Below are positions 13,926 to 26,331 of a stretch of DNA of 64,000 nt, in pieces. Under the pieces are notes generated by a model. It was not told the origin of the DNA. It did no database searches and worked only from the letters and a program-made list of their open reading frames with translations. This stretch comes from Eledone cirrhosa (lineage: Eukaryota), in the NCBI GenBank assembly GCA_964016885.1, contig OZ024750.1:35216001-35280000 (forward strand), read 5' to 3'. How positions within the stretch are numbered: position 1 is the stretch's first letter; every line of letters starts with the position of its first letter. Position numbers and translations under genes: made by a program.

Positions 13926-14276
13926 GGAGACATATAGCTTAGTGGTTAGAGCATTGGCCTTGCAATCGAAAGGTTGTGAGTTCAATTCTCAGACCGAGTG
14001 ATGTGTTGTTTCCTTGAGCAAGACACTTTATTTCACATTGCTCCAGTTTACTCAGCTGTAGAAATGAGATGATAGGGACTGGGGTCCCTATCATTCCACT
14101 GCAAAGTGGTCGTGGAGGTGCCACGGCAAAAAAGCACCCAGCACTCACTGTAAATGAGGTTGGTGTTAGGAAGGGCATCCAGCTGTAGAAATCAAGCCTG
14201 AATCAGTTCCCGTCCCACCCTTGCAAGCAGGGAAAAGCGGACTTTAAATGAAATGATGATGTTGATGATGATGATA
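13926..14276 (+). mobile_element. Full-length tRNA-derived SINE with RTE-like tail
   Basis: A/B boxes (tagcttagtgg, gttcaattc), ccttgagcaagacacttta domain, 3' end shared with the RTE LINE; further copies at 21361-21700, 25712-26100 and 30165-30556 (minus strand). Confidence 0.88.
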
Positions 14277-14374
14277 CATATATATATAAATATATATATA
14301 TAATATATATATATATATATACACACACACATATATATATATACACACATATATATATATACACATATATATCA

Positions 14375-14494
14375 CAATAATTGTTTCTACGTTAGGAACA
14401 AGGCCAGCAATTATCCAGTGCATTACTGGTACTTTATTTTATCGACCCCGTAAGGTTGAAAGGCAAAGTCAACCTCGGCGGGATTTGAACTCAG
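14375..14494 (-). mobile_element. Meta-like SINE fragment
   Basis: Reverse complement of the 699-805 family. Confidence 0.75.
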
Positions 14495-14544
14495 CACAAT
14501 AATGATGATTAAATATGTATATGTGTGTATATACATATATAATT

Positions 14545-16730
14545 ATTATCACCACTGTTTTACATCTATTTTTCCCCGCTAGCATGAGTTAGATGAGTTG
14601 TCCTGTTGTGGGCAATGCTAGGTGACCGCGACTTGCCCATACAGCCCTTCAGCTGGATGCCCTTCCTCACACCAACCTCATTTACAGTCAATGCTGTGTA
14701 CCTTTTGTCGTGACACCTACAAGACCACTTTACAGTGTGGGCTGGGTCTTCACTAGATGTATTTACTTCAGCCTGTCCTCATGGGGTGTATGGGAGGATG
14801 GATTGGGGCATACTGTATATATACTTCTGTATTACTGCGTACCGCCAGAGATCTCGGTCCTGTGTCATTGCGGGCAATTGGGTAAGGTTGGCTTTTATCA
14901 CCTCACCCCAAGTCTTCCTGGGTCTCCCCACTCCAAGGCTTCCATCAACTTTGAGTGCTCTTCACCTTTTTATGCAGCTGTCATCCTTCATACGCATCAC
15001 ATGACCATACCAACGCAACCTCCACTCCTGCACACAGCATTTGATTCCTCTTATGCCTAGTTTCTCTCTCAGTACGTTTGGGCTTTGTTGTTCTAGTATA
15101 TTACTATTACACATTCATCGGAGCATGCAAGCTTCATTTCTTTCTAATCTATGCAAGTCTTCTGCACACAGCGCCCACGTTCCACTACCATGCAACATTG
15201 CTGTTCGTATACACGCATCATACAGTCTGCCTTTCATTCTGAGGGACAAGCCTTTTGCAGCTAGCAGTGGTAGTAGCTCCCTGAACTTTTCCATCCTGTT
15301 CTTACTCTGGTTACTGTACTTTCAGAACACCTACCACGTCTGCTAATTCAGTCACCTAGGTAGCAGAAGTTGTCTACTGTTTCTACAGAGCCCTCCCAGA
15401 ATTTGGTAGCGCTTGTTCCCTGCAGTCGCTTATGCTTACTGTCCCAGTGCAACTGCTACATATAAAGCCTATGTTCTTAGATAAACTTCCTGAGATCCCA
15501 CTACATCTCTTGTGTACCCATAGTTTCCATAGGGGGCAGAGGATTGAGTTTCTACCTTTCCTACAATATGCCATTTCCATGAGGAGATCTGGGTTCTGTT
15601 TTCTCTTCTACTTACTAGGATCTTAGTCTTTGTCAGGTTGACTTTAAGACCCCTTCTTTCTGTTATAGCCTGCAAAACGATAATAAACAGGAGCGGGCTA
15701 AGGACAGAGCTCTGGTGGATGTCAGGTTGACTTTAAGACCCCTTCTTTCTAGGTCCTGCTTCCATGTTTGGAATTTCTCCTCTAGTTCCACCTTAGATTC
15801 AGCTATGAATGTAAGATTATCCGCACACAGAAGTTCCCATGGGCAGCCAATCTTAAACTCCTCTGTTATAGCCTGCAAAACGATAATAAACAGGAGTGGG
15901 CTAAGAACAGAGCCCTGGTGGACACCAACTTGTAAGCTAAATTCCTCACTGTATTCATTGTTAATCCTAACTTTGCTGACTGCTCTTCTATACATGGCTT
16001 GTACAGCCTTCATAAGCCACTCATCTACTCGTAGTTTTCTAAGAGCTCACCAGATTATATCTCGGGGCACTCTGTCAAAACCTTTCTCCAGATCAACAAA
16101 TGCCAGGTAGAGCGGCTTACTTTTAGCTAGGTACTTTTCCTGTAAGTGTCTCACAGAGAAGAGAGCTTCAGTGGTGCTTTTGCCTGCACAAATCCAAACT
16201 GCATCTCATCTAGTTTTAACCAGTCCCTAATCAACTGTGCTATTACTCTTTCTGTACTTTCATGACCTAGCCCATCAGTTTTATACCTCCATAGTTACCT
16301 CTATCTAGTGCATCTCTTTTACCCGTATTGCCTCATCTACCTTATTGTTCCACCACCAAGTCACTCTCCTCCTTCCTGTAATCTTGCTCCAACCACAAAT
16401 ATCGTCTTTAGTAAGTTATTTTTTAGGAACTCCCAGTGCTCTTCTACATTTAATCTCTCTCTCTGTTCTTTACTGTCATTAGCGTCGAGTAAGATATTTT
16501 AAAATCTGTTACTGGCTGAGGGGTCTTTCAGCTTCCAATCTTTCTTCTCCAGATTACCTTCTATTTCAGAGTTTGTCTAGCATTGACAATGAGGCCGCTG
16601 ACTACTAGACTGTGTTGTGAGGTACATTCCTCACCAGAGAAAGCTTTTGTGTTTACAACCGTCCATTTATCTTATCCTCTGATAAGGATAAAATCTATCT
16701 GACTAGAATGTTCCCTGGATCTATAGGTTT
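14545..16730 (-). mobile_element. RTE-clade LINE (second family), decayed, with internal duplication at about 15630-15745
   Basis: Minus ORF 15663-16013 VGVHQGSVLSPLLFIIVL...LCADN; VDLEKGFD upstream; long 3' UTR. Confidence 0.88.
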
Positions 16731-16947
16731 TCAGATGGTTGTTGTGTTATATATATAGGCAGTGTGCTTGCATGGCCTTAACCAGTCAGCTGGAACAAGT
16801 AAAAGAGTATACATACATGATTGTATGTATGTATCTAGGACTACATTATCCAATGAATCATTCCATTTTGAAGATAATAGGGTGTGATTTGAGGGACATT
16901 TAGCTGCCATTTCTAGAAGGCCATTGACAATGAAGTTCGTTGTTCTC

Positions 16948-17228
16948 AGGAGAGGTATCAAGTACCCCTTATATATAACTGGTATGCTACAACAGACTGG
17001 GGGAACTATCTAATATCCCTTACATATAACTGGTATGCAACAAGATATTATAAGAGGTATCTATTACTCCTTACATATAACTAGTATGCTACAACAGACT
17101 GGGGGTGGTATCTAATACCTCTTACATATAGCTGGTAAGCCACAAGAGACAAGGAGAGGTATCAAGTACCCCTTATATATAACAGGTATGCCATGACAGA
17201 CTAGGAGAGTTAGCTAATACCTCTTATA
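16948..17228. repeat. Degenerate ~52-bp minisatellite
   Basis: Repeats of ggtatc(a/t)a...cttacatataactggtatgc. Confidence 0.7.
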
Positions 17229-17590
17229 ATAAAACAAACAAATGCAGGAGAGAAGTGGAGAGAAAAAAAGGAAAAGGTAAAAGAAGCAGAAATAAAATAG
17301 TGTATCTAGAACTACATTATCTAATGCATTCTTTTTAAACACAGTAGGACATGATCTGAAGGAAATCTGGCAGCTATTTTTAGCAAATCTGACAACCAAG
17401 TAGAAGCTCTCTTGTTGGCTCTAAGAAAAAAAAAAAAGAATTGTATTCCTCTGTGTGCTGTGTAATTTTCCACTACAGTAAATTTTCCCATGATAGAGTG
17501 TTATTATGTTATTAATCAATAAATATATTTGTTCTGATGTTGAAAACCAGGTAAATAAGTTGCAATTAAAAGAAATATTTTCATTTCTAT

Positions 17591-17993
17591 ACCTAGAGAA
17601 AACCTGGACAAAAACCTAGAGAAAACCTAGAGAAAAACCTAGAGAAAACCTGGACAAAAATCTAGAGAAAACCTAGAGAAAACCTGGAGAAAACCTGGAG
17701 AAAACATAGAGAAAACCTGGAGAAAACCTAGAGAAAAACCTAGAGAAAAACCTAGAGAAAAACCTAGAGAAAAACCTAGAGAAAAACCTAGAGAAAACCT
17801 GAACAAAAGCCTGGAGAAAACCTAGAGAAAACATAGAGAAAAACCTAGAGAAAAACCTGGAGAAAACCTAGAGAAAACCTGCACAAAAACCTAGAGAATA
17901 CCTGGAGAAAACCTGGAGAAAACCTAGAGAAGACCTAGAGAAAACCTGGAGAAAACCTAGAGAAAACCTGGACAAAATCCTAGAGAAAACCTA
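17591..17993. repeat. 10-11-bp minisatellite (cctagagaaaa)n
   Basis: Visible directly. Confidence 0.95.
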
Positions 17994-18429
17994 TCTATTT
18001 ATGAATTATTTAGTAATGTGAAATATTAAACACTTGTTTGGCTTTTAGCCTGATTATAAAGATGATATTTGCTGTCAAACATGACATTCTGTTAATATAG
18101 AGATAATACACAATGAAAGAAATATAACAAACACTCTGGCAGCTATAATTAGATGTACATTAACATATCTATCTTTCTACCTATCTCTCTCTCTCTATAT
18201 ATATATATCTATATGTATGTGTGTGTATGGATATATATATATATATATGCACACATACATTTGAAAAATATACAAAATAAAATTTGTGTTAAAATCCCAA
18301 ATTTTGTGAGTAAAACATGATTGGCATCTATACACAATGAAGGTATTAACAATAAGGATTTCGACAGGAAAACATCTTCCATAGTTACTACTCATTCTTA
18401 TAAATGGTTATTGAATGTTATCCTGCCAT

Positions 18430-18631
18430 AATAATCATCATCATCACCGTCATTAACATCATCATCATCACTGTCATTATAATCATCATCATCATCCCCA
18501 CCACCACCATCATCATCACCACTGTCATTATTATCATCATCACCACCATCATCATCGTCATCATCATCATCATCAACACCATCATCGCCATCATCATCAT
18601 CATCACCATCATCGCCATCGCCATCATCATC
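18430..18631. repeat. (CAT)n imperfect microsatellite
   Basis: Visible directly; explains the poly-D, poly-M and poly-I ORFs. Confidence 0.95.
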
Positions 18632-18677
18632 TGGGTTAATGTCTTTACTTGTCACAAGCATTGGATATAAAGAAGTT

Positions 18678-18795
18678 GCTTACATCACCTAATTTACCAA
18701 GTGGTCACCCCGTCTAAGTACTAATTAGGCTCAAAGCTGCTTAATTTTGCTGTTTGAACAACAACCAGTATTTTCAATGTGGTATGGCCATAAAC
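18678..18795 (-). pseudogene. 5S rRNA pseudogene (full length, diverged)
   Basis: Minus strand reads gtttatggccataccacattgaaaatactggtt...ttaagcagctttgagcctaattagtacttagacggggtgaccacttgg...gatgtaagc, colinear with metazoan 5S rRNA including the box A and box C regions. Confidence 0.85.
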
Positions 18796-18899
18796 AATAA
18801 TAATGATTTCTTTATTAATTATAGGGAAATGTTGTCAGTGATAATCTATATTAATTATAAAAACTGAAGTCTTTTATTGGCTTAGTCAGAAAAATAAAG

Positions 18900-19368
18900 G
18901 CCCAGAACTCTTTTCAGTGCCTTCAAGACTGCTAGAAGGAAGAAAAGCTGATAACTTCAGTGTCTCCAAGACTACTGTAATGAAGAGAAGCCCATAACTT
19001 TGGTGTCTCCAGGACTGATGTAAGTAAGAGAAGCCCATAACCTCAGTGTCTTCAAGGCTGCTGTAAGTAAGAGAGGCCCATAACCTCAGTGTCTTCAAGG
19101 CTGCTGTAAGTAAGAGAGGCCCATAATTTCAGTGTTTCCAAGAGAGGCCAATAACTTCAATGTCTCTAAAACTACAGTAAGAGAGGCCCAGAACCTGAAT
19201 GCCTCCAAGACTGCTGTAAGGAAGAGAGAAAGTTATTCTCAGGGTGGAAACTGCAAGAATGCTTGCAACAGATTGAACTTTGGAAAAAGTGCTCAAAGAC
19301 TAAATTGGGGCATTAGACTGGACATTAGAGTGTCTACCATCCAGATGTTAAGTCTACCATCCAGCCAT
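18900..19368 (+). repeat. ~39-bp tandem units plus unique tail, duplicated in inverted orientation at 25160-25480
   Basis: ORF translations 19132-19371(+) and 25087-25389(-) are identical over about 77 aa. Confidence 0.85.
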
Positions 19369-20535
19369 TAAGTCTACCATCTAGATGTTAAGTCTACCAT
19401 CCAACCATTAAGTCTACCATTCAACCATTAAGTCTACCATCCAAATATTAAGTCCACCATCCAAATATTAAGTCTACCATCCAACCATTAAGTCTTTCAT
19501 CCAACCATTAAGTCTACCATCCAACCATTAAGTCTACCATCCAACCATTAAGTCTACCATCCACATATTAAGTCTACCATCCAAATATTAAGTCCACCAT
19601 CCAAATATTAAGTCTACCATCCGACCATTAAGACTACCATCCGACCATTAAGTCACCCATCCGACCATTAAGTCTACCATCCGACCATTAAGTCTACCAT
19701 CAAACCATTAATTCTACCATCTGACCATTAAGTCTACCATCCAACCATTAAGTCTACCAACCGACCATTAAGTCTACCATCCAACCATTAAGACTACCAT
19801 CCAACCATTAAGACTACCATCTGACTATTAAGTCTACCATCCGACCATTAAGTCTACCATCCGACCATTAAGTCTACCATCCAACCATTAAGTCTACCAT
19901 CCAACCATTAAGTCTACCATCCAACCATTAAGTCTACCATCCAACCATTAAGTCTACCATCCAACCATTAAGTCTACCAACCGGCCATTAAGTCTACCAT
20001 CCAGCCATTAAGTCTACCATCCAGATGTTAAGTCTACCATCCAATAATTAAGTCTACCATCCAACCATTAAGTCTACCATCCAGATGTTAAGTCTACCAT
20101 CCAACCATTTAGTCTACCATCCAACCATTTAGTCTACCATCCAAATATTTAGTCTACCCTCCAACCATTAAGTCTACCATCCAACCATTAAGTTTACCAT
20201 CCAACCATTAAGTCTACCATCCGACCATTAAGTCTACCATCCAACCATTAAGTCTACCATCCGAACATTAAGACTACCATCCAACCATTAAGTCTACCAT
20301 CCAACCATTAAGTCTACCATCCAGATGTTAAGTCTACCATCCAACCATTAAGTCTACCATCCGATCATTAAGTCTACCATCCAACCATTAAGTCTACCAT
20401 CCAACCATTTAGTCTACCAACCAACCATTTTGTCTACCATCCAAATATTTAGTCTACCATCCGACCATTAAGTCTACCACCCGACCATTAAGTCTACCAA
20501 CCGACCATTAAGTCTACCATCCAGAGATTATATCT
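19330..20535. repeat. 20-bp minisatellite (aagtctaccatccaaccatt)n, about 60 units
   Basis: Visible directly. Confidence 0.97.
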
Positions 20536-21263
20536 ACTAGTCTGTAAGGGTAGGGGTGTGGGTAACTCTACTAGTAAAGTAATAGTTCAAATATTCTGAA
20601 CAGGTTTCTTTGGGGATTCTATTATTCTGTTTGATAACCCTTTCTCTCACGTTTTTGCCTCAACAAATCTAAGGAAGAAGTAACAAGTCTTATAATATCC
20701 TGTGTTCTCTGTATGGGATCAAATTGTGTCGCAGACACAATTTCTATAGACACATCATTGCTAGCTTTTGTTAGATAGGGACAAAAATGGAAGTACCAAT
20801 CTAAAAAGGAGAACTATGATAACGGGCTCACTTAGTTTTTCAACCAGATTAAGAAGAAATTGTCACTGATTTACTCTACCATTTTCAACTTTATAAACTA
20901 CGGTTAGTTTAAATGCTAAAGGGTTACAATATTCATATTTCATTTGAAACCTTCCTATTATAGTTCTAAGTCCATTTGTTAAGATATGTTCCAAACATTA
21001 ACTAAATTATGTTTTATAATTTAGACATAATGCCAACATTTTTTGGGGGGGGGGGGGGGGGGGGATCGATTAAATATTATTGGTACTTTATTTTATCAAC
21101 CCCATAATGATGGAAGGTAAAGCTAACCTCAGCTGGATTTGAACTCAGAATATAAAGGGATGTAACTATATGTCACAAAGCAAGTTGCCCGACGCTCTAC
21201 CAATATTGTCAATCAACAATAATAATAATACTTTCTAGCATTGGCACAAGGACAGGTATACAT

Positions 21264-21300
<37 letters not shown>

Positions 21301-21360
21301 GATGATATATACATATATATATATATACATATACATATATACATATATTTATATATATAT

Positions 21361-21700
21361 CATCATCATCATCATCATCATTTTAAGTCCGCTTTTCCCT
21401 GCTTGCAAGGGGGGGACGGGAACTGATTCTGGCTTGATTTCTACAGCTGGATGCCCTTCCTAACACCAACCTCATTTACAGTGAGTGCTGGGTGCTTTTT
21501 TGCCGTGGCACCTCCACGACCACTTTGCAGTGGAATGATATGGACCCAAGTCCCTATCATCTCATTTCTACAGCTGAGTAAACTGGAGCAATGTGAAATA
21601 AAGTGTCTTGCTCAAGTAAACAACACATCACCCGGTCTGAGAATTGAACTCACAACCTTTCGATTGCAGGCCCAATGCTCTAACCACTGAGCCGTGCCTC
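21361..21700 (-). mobile_element. tRNA-derived SINE with RTE-like tail
   Basis: Reverse complement of 13926-14276. Confidence 0.88.
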
Positions 21701-21777
21701 CTTATATATATACATATACATATATATACATATATATATATATACATATATATATATACATACATATATATATACAT

Positions 21778-21818
<41 letters not shown>

Positions 21819-22433
21819 AATCAATGAGAATGAAATGACATCTTATTACTTCTGCTGTTATGTTCAGTGAGAAGTTTGGAGAAAGTAAAATAAAAATGTA
21901 ATGTGAAATAAAAGTACAAAAATATTTCCTGACTACAGTGTGTTGTTATCAGTGTGACCTTACAAGTTGAATTGATATTTATCTTATAATATCCTGTTAA
22001 GAAACCATTACTTAGAAATCACCCTACCCTGGTATTGTAAAATACAAACTCATGTTGTAGAGTGGCTGTGGTAGGGAACTATTTTCAATCCTCACCCCCA
22101 CATAAGTAAGCCTTCCTCATTTCTTTCAGGTATTTGTTTACAAAGTTCCACCACTAACCTCTAGCCATTTTCAATATAACCAGTTCTTTAAGAAAACTTT
22201 CTGTGACATATTAATAGCTACAGTATTCTTTGAGAGAAATCCTAAGACTTCATGAATAAATTTAATGAAAATACAGAGAAAAAATAATAATGTTATTTTT
22301 TTAAAGATTAAATTGGAATATTTAAGGAATTCCACAGGATACATTGATGTAATGTGTGTCTATATGTGTATTTAGGCATGTACACATTTATCTATTTAAT
22401 CTATTGAAAAGTCCGTATAGAACTAGTAAACCA

Positions 22434-22483
<50 letters not shown>

Positions 22484-22489
22484 CACCCC

Positions 22490-22882
22490 ACACCTCTCAA
22501 AGGCAATGACACACGACCGTGACCTCTGGCGTCACGCAGTAATACAGAGTATCCGACCTCCCATGGGTACAAGCTGAAGCATATAGACAATATGCCCCCA
22601 CACCCCCCACCGCAAGTTGGTCGTGGAGGTGCCACAGCAAAAAAAGCACTCAGCCCACACTGTAAAGTGGACGTGTAGGCGCCACGAAAAAGCACCCAGC
22701 ACTCACTGTAAATGAGGTTGGTGTTAGGAAGGGCATCCAGCTGTAGAAATCAAGCCAAATCAGTTCTTGTATGAGCAAGGCATGGTCAGCCGACCAGACA
22801 CTGCCCACAACAGGACAACCCGTCTAACCCATGCTAGCGTGGAAGAACGGACGTAAAACGGTGATGATGATGATGATGATGA

Positions 22883-22887
<5 letters not shown>
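22490..22887 (+). mobile_element. RTE LINE 3' end (ORF end, 3' UTR and (GAT)n tail)
   Basis: AMTHDRDLWRHAV; 3' UTR similar to 14545-14750(-); tail gatgatgat. Confidence 0.75.
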
Positions 22888-22937
<50 letters not shown>

Positions 22938-23086
22938 CAAAGCTCCATATACTGTGATTTCTGTAACATAACATCTTTTTGTCACTCCTGCTTTTCAATA
23001 TGATGTCACTGACACTGTCAATAGTAAAGTATCTTTTTGAATGTTCCGAAGACTAGGATTATAATTACCTGTTTAAACATTGTGTA

Positions 23087-23133
23087 TGCTCTGATGAATC
23101 CAGAGATTCTTCTGTAAGAAACAATTGTCAGTA
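23087..23133 (+). ncRNA. Degenerate type I hammerhead motif
   Basis: tgct-CTGATGA-stem II (cagag/ttctg)-GAAA-caattg-TC-agta; palindromic stem III ACAATTGT. Confidence 0.5.
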
Positions 23134-23423
23134 ATTAAATGTATTAAACTAAGATTTGATTGTTTTATATTTTGTATCTCAGCTCTGTAATACATTTGAT
23201 CATTTACATTGAGCCTTTTCTCTTACTGGTAATTGGCTAGTGGTTAGTACTACCCTCTTTATTTATAATTATATATAAATCATATATAATTATAAATATT
23301 ATTATTATTACTATATATATATATATATTAAAGAGTTAAACAAGATTCAATGAGTACATCAAAGAATGAGTTTTACAGTAGATTGGAAGCACTCTACAGC
23401 AAAAAATATTTTCCAGAGTTATT

Positions 23424-23620
23424 AATATTAAAATACAAATATTAATAAAATAGATGTTCTTTTGATCAATTAAATTTTATTATACATATTTCAGAGGTAC
23501 AACAGTACGTCCTCATCAGACAAAATATAATGATACATGACTGTTGTACCTCTGAAATATGTATTATAAAATTTAATTGATCAAAAGAACATCTATTTTA
23601 TTAATATTTGTATTTTAATA
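23424..23620. mobile_element. Foldback insertion with a hammerhead on the minus strand (23474-23526)
   Basis: Arms about 23424-23506 / 23540-23620; minus strand attttgt-CTGATGA-ggacgtactgttgtacctct-GAAA-tatgta-TA-ataaaat. Confidence 0.7.
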
Positions 23621-23717
23621 TATATATATATATATATTAATATATATATATTTTTTTATATATATATATATAAATCATATATAATTATAAATATTATTAT
23701 TATTACTATTTTTTTTT

Positions 23718-23930
23718 TTAACGATTGACTTTCGTCAAATCGGACCGAGGAAACAATGTTTCCGTTGGTCTTTCCAATTGCTAATACTATCTATCGGTCG
23801 CAACTCCAGGTAGAAGGAGCAACGTGAAATAAAGTGTCTTGCTCAAGACGCATCGCCTGGTCCAGGAATCGAACTCACAACCTTACGATTACGAATCCAA
23901 TTCTCTAACCACTCAGCCACACGCCTTCAT
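23718..23930 (-). mobile_element. tRNA-derived SINE (family also at 59572-59790)
   Basis: tRNA-like head, cttgagcaagacacttta domain, shared 3' hairpins. Confidence 0.8.
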
Positions 23931-24053
23931 ATATATGTATATATATATATATATATATACAGGAGAATGGGCATTCGCTTCATGAACATCGTGTTTGTCT
24001 ATTCCCTTGTCACTTCAATTTCGGATTACTTCCTGATTGTAACTTTATTATGT

Positions 24054-24136
24054 AAGAATCTGTCTGATGAGATCATGACACTGGGTACACGGAATCGCGT
24101 GGCCACTGTTGTCATTGAAATATGTATCACAGTCTT
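24054..24136 (+). ncRNA. Type I hammerhead motif inside a (TA)-flanked insertion (23960-24185)
   Basis: aagaatctgt-CTGATGA-long stem II (atgaca/tgtcat)-GAAA-tatgta-TC-acagtctt. Confidence 0.65.
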
Positions 24137-24180
24137 ATCAATAAAGGACTTTAACATCTGAAACTATTTTGTATTACCTT

Positions 24181-24217
<37 letters not shown>

Positions 24218-24224
<7 letters not shown>

Positions 24225-24585
24225 TAAACAAATAATGAATAAACAATTCCTTATATTAAACAAAAAAAGTTCATTATTTAACGATCGTTTCTAGGATATA
24301 TATGTGTTATAATTGGTATGCATATTCAACAGATCTATGTACAAAATTATACAAAATTATACAAATTATCAAGATTAAATATACATACCAAACACATATA
24401 TATGCCGTCTTCAGTATGTATATTTAATCTTGATAATTTGTATAATTTTGTATAATTTTGTACATAGATCTGTTGAATATGCATACCAATTATAACACAT
24501 ATATATCCTAGAAACGATCGTTAAATAATGAACTTTTTTTGTTTAATATAAGGAATTGTTTATTCATTATTTGTTTAATATTTTA
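24218..24585. repeat. Near-perfect inverted repeat, ~170-bp arms with ~25-bp spacer
   Basis: 24218-24388 is the reverse complement of 24414-24585. Confidence 0.9.
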
Positions 24586-24717
24586 TCTTGACTCTGTATA
24601 CCGTTTATCTTTCACCGAAAGTGGTTTTTCATTACATCTCTTCTTTCCATGATATCCGGAATACATTGAGTTCTTCATACGGATTGGACACTACCGTAAA
24701 CTCTTGGTAGATTTATC

Positions 24718-24759
<42 letters not shown>

Positions 24760-24762
<3 letters not shown>

Positions 24763-26288
24763 TGGTGGAATGGCCAGGTTGCCCAATAGCAAGTGGGCCC
24801 CAGAGAATCCACGGTAGCACTGCAAGGGCCTACTGCAGTATTTTAAGAGCCAATGCTTTGCTTTCAAAAAATATCTTTTTAAAAATGTCTTAGAATAAAA
24901 ATTTTTTTAAATAAATAAACAAATAAGCAAAGCATTTTGTTAAACAATTCCCTAGGGAATTAATAGAAACTAAAATATATGATAATGCTGAGTTAGAATC
25001 TCTGGCTTACTGTTTCATTCAGAAGAAATCAATAAAGGAGTGAAGAATAACATGGATTAGCTATACAATAGGGTTTATTCCAAGTATTAACAAATAAATA
25101 ATTGGTCCAGTGTCTCTAAAAACTGCTTTCTGCAGTGTGTGTGTCCATCCAGTGTGTGTGATGGTAGACTTAACATCTGGATGGTAGACACTCTAATGTC
25201 CAGTCTAATGCCCCAATTTAGTCTTTGAGCACTTTTTCCAAAGTTCAATCTGTTGCAAGCATTCTTGCAGTTTCCACCCTGAGAATAACTTTCTCTCTTC
25301 CTTACAGCAGTCTTGGAGGCATTCAGGTTCTGGGCCTCTCTTACTGTAGTTTTAGAGACATTGAAGTTATTGGCCTCTCTTGGAAACACTGAAATTATGG
25401 GCCTCTCTTACTTACAGCAGCCTTGAAGACACTGAGGTTATGGGCCTCTCTTACTTACATCAGTCCTGGAGACACCAAGGTTATGTGCTTCTCTCAAGTG
25501 AATGTGAAAGACCAAAGGTCAGTATCGAAAGTCTCAAGATGCTAATATTTCACAAGGTTCTTTATTTTATTGGAGAAGGTAAGAACGGTCACTTGCACAC
25601 TCTACTCTAAATAACAGTATACTATACATTCACAATTATTTAAGAATTCAATTATAACATTCTGTATTAACATTTAGTATTACTGTATACTGCCAGTAAT
25701 ATGTACAGTATATCATCCTCATCATTTCATTTCATTTTACGTCCGCTTTTCCCTGCTTGCAAGGGTGGGACGGGAACTGATTCTGGCTTGATTTCTACAG
25801 CTGGATGCCCTTCCTAACACCAACCTCATTTACAGTGAGTGCTGGGTGCTTTTTTGCCGTGGCACCTCCACGACCACTTTACAGTGTGGGCTGGGTGCTT
25901 TTTTGCCGTGGTACCTCCACGACCACTTTGCAGTGGAATGATATGGACCCCAGTCCCTATCATCTCATTTCTACAGCTGAGTAAACTGGAGCAATGTGAA
26001 ATAAAGTGTCTTGCTCAAGGAAACAACACATCACCCAGTCTGAGAATTTAACTCACAACCTTTCAATTGCAAGCCCAATGCTCTAACCACTAAGCCATAG
26101 CCTATATACACTATAATTAGTAAAAAACACACATTTTCCTGCAAAATTTTGTTAGCACTGTTTTGTTTTCACTTATGTATTTTTTGAAAATGTTATTTAT
26201 TTATAATAAAAATTAAATGATAACATTCTATATGTCGGTGGGCCCCCTTTATCTCCGGGCAACCAATATTTTTAGACCCAGTCCGCCA

Positions 26289-26291
<3 letters not shown>
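24760..26291. mobile_element. hAT-like non-autonomous DNA transposon with nested insertions
   Basis: Imperfect TIRs CAGTGGTGGAATGG / CAGTGGCGGACTGG; subterminal gtgggccccc at both ends; both flanks (TA)n. Confidence 0.7.
25712..26100 (-). mobile_element. tRNA-derived SINE with RTE-like tail (two internal ~49-bp units)
   Basis: Same family as 13926-14276. Confidence 0.88.

Positions 26292-26323
<32 letters not shown>

Positions 26324-26331
<8 letters not shown>

Noticed and set aside
13930-14000. tRNA gene
   Set aside because: The A/B boxes belong to a SINE head; there is no complete cloverleaf and the sequence continues into the SINE body. The same applies at 5.3, 21.7, 23.9, 26.1, 30.5 and 59.6 kb.
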